Shown here one piece after another: positions 62,596 through 64,000 of a stretch of 64,000 nt of DNA; the stretch's first letter is position 1, and every line of letters starts with the position of its first letter. The translations under genes and the position numbers were made by a program. The notes beneath the pieces were generated by a model, which saw only the letters and a program-made list of their open reading frames with translations, had not been told where the DNA came from and ran no database searches. This DNA comes from a virus (Duplodnaviria > Caudoviricetes): positions 1 to 64,000 of IMG/VR virus record IMGVR_UViG_2795386110_000001; one strand, given 5' to 3'.

Positions 62596-63072
62596 GTGAA
62601 CGGAACCGCTGGCAGTATCGAGATCCGTGGCAGCGGCTTTGCCGTCCTCCCGGCGCCCGTGGACCTGATGCGCTCCGCGTCAGGGGTGTTCGTCGACACC
62701 GGGCTTTCGCTGGCGCTTCCGGCCGCCGGCAGTTACCACCTCGACGCCGTCGTGCGCGGAACCATCGGGTGGATGACGCAGGGGGAGAACGCCTTCGTCG
62801 GTGCCCGCCTGTTCGACGTCACAGCGGGGGCCGTCGTCCCCGACAGCGGAGCCATCGTCGTACAGATAGCCGAGTATCCCGGTACGGCGGCTACGGGCCT
62901 GGGCTGGAACAGCTCCGGCGCCATCAGCATCGAGTACGCGGTCACTTCCCCGCGGACGATCCGCCTCGAAGCCGCTCGGCACGACATCAACTCATCCGGC
63001 ACCACGGACTTCGCCGGCGTGAGTTCCGACGACAACGCACGAACCACGCTGCGATACAGGCGAGTTGCCTGA
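62596..63072 (+). CDS. Beta-rich virion protein (paralog pair, copy 2)
   Basis: LPAPVDL...TGLSLALPAAGSYHLDAVVR...ARLFDVTAGAVVP...IRLEAAR. Confidence 0.8.
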   Translation: MNGTAGSIEIRGSGFAVLPAPVDLMRSASGVFVDTGLSLALPAAGSYHLDAVVRGTIGWMTQGENAFVGARLFDVTAGAVVPDSGAIVVQIAEYPGTAATGLGWNSSGAISIEYAVTSPRTIRLEAARHDINSSGTTDFAGVSSDDNARTTLRYRRVA

Positions 63073-63138
63073 CGAGCAGCACGGCCCGGGAGCCTCCACC
63101 ACCCGCAGCCCTACCGACCCCCACGTAACGGAGAACCG

Positions 63139-64000
63139 ATGAGCGGAACCGCCGGGCAACTGAGTGCGGACTGCCCAACAGACATCGCCGTCGAGTGTTT
63201 CAAGATCCCCGGCTACCGGTACGCCTCGTACGACAACTCGGCGGCAACACCGTGCGGCACCTCCGCGATCAACGGGACCGTCACCGGGATCTGCAACCAG
63301 CCGAACGTACGGATCACGTCCTGGCTGATCAACGGCCGCAACGTGCTCGCCGACCCCGTCCCCGACGGCTGGGACAGCTGCGCCATCCCGTTCCTGAACG
63401 ACTTCGCGACCACCCTCAACTCCTGGGACCCGTTCGCCGGGAACTGGTCCGTCGTCGTGAGCGACGCGTGCGCCTACTTCGTTCGCTCCCGGGCGCTCCC
63501 GCCCACGGGAATCGAGTACGGCACGCTCACCGCCACCGACCTGGACACCGGCAACACGCTGACGTTCCAGCCGGTGCAGACCGTCGTGGCGGACGTGTAC
63601 TACCGGCGGATCGTGCAGATCAACTGCGATGGCTCGACGTCGGAAAGGTGGACCGGCGCGTCCGGGGCGATCGTCCCGGCACCCGCCCTGGACCGGCTGA
63701 TCCCCTGCACGTCGGATATCACCCCCGTCGCCCGGCCGGTACCCACCCAACGTCTCCGCCCCCGCCTCCAGCGCTACACGGGCGCGGTGGCATCGCCGAA
63801 CTTCGACGGACAGAACAACGTGCAGACGCTCACCCTGCGCGTGCTCACAGGACCCGTGCGGGTACGCGCGGCCGGGGCTGGCAGCCCCACGCCGACAACA
63901 TGGACAGACGACTACCAGGTCCCGACCGGAACGGTCCTCACCTGGGGCGTCACCAACGACAGCCACGCCCAGCTCGACGGCTCGCTCCTCTTCAACGGTG
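63139..64000 (+). CDS. Modular virion surface protein (partial, runs off the window; absent from the ORF track)
   Basis: Open frame MSGTAGQLSADCPTD... to the window end; ends in the shared domain VQTLTLRV...VPTGTVLTWGV. Confidence 0.75.
   Translation, partial: MSGTAGQLSADCPTDIAVECFKIPGYRYASYDNSAATPCGTSAINGTVTGICNQPNVRITSWLINGRNVLADPVPDGWDSCAIPFLNDFATTLNSWDPFAGNWSVVVSDACAYFVRSRALPPTGIEYGTLTATDLDTGNTLTFQPVQTVVADVYYRRIVQINCDGSTSERWTGASGAIVPAPALDRLIPCTSDITPVARPVPTQRLRPRLQRYTGAVASPNFDGQNNVQTLTLRVLTGPVRVRAAGAGSPTPTTWTDDYQVPTGTVLTWGVTNDSHAQLDGSLLFNG

Larger units (their letters stand above)
870..64000. mobile_element. Temperate prophage (left part; continues beyond the window)
   Basis: Repressor/Cro pair, YqaJ, RecT, RuvC-like, WhiB, replication initiator, terminase, portal, MuF and major capsid genes in canonical order directly downstream of a tRNA. 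Confidence 0.93.

Overview
High-GC actinobacterial (Streptomyces-like) DNA. Bases 1-869 are host chromosome: a YtxH-like gene, two tRNA-Asn genes and a CAT-anticodon tRNA. The rest is the left ~63 kb of a large temperate prophage, probably integrated at the tRNA 3' end. Gene order: immunity switch, YqaJ/RecT, RuvC-like resolvase, WhiB, a replication initiator with internal iterons, a plasmid-spread-like membrane module, a 16-kb accessory array, an ATPase+HNH defence pair, a DNA-modification/ParB pair, terminase, morons, portal, a MuF-2H-protease fusion, an AbiJ-like moron, the major capsid gene and a run of Cys-rich modular virion proteins cut by the window end. The most striking feature is at 20.6-36.8 kb. 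There, nine copies of an AT-rich ~90-bp element (TGACCTG...13-bp inverted arms around a TTAAAACTGGCTAGGG core...GTAGTTCAAA, then RBS and start codon) split the region into nine cassette-like units. The units carry methyltransferases, ParB, a metallopeptidase and small unknown proteins, and are punctuated internally by two families of conserved GC hairpins. All protein family calls come from motif recognition by eye, not database searches.
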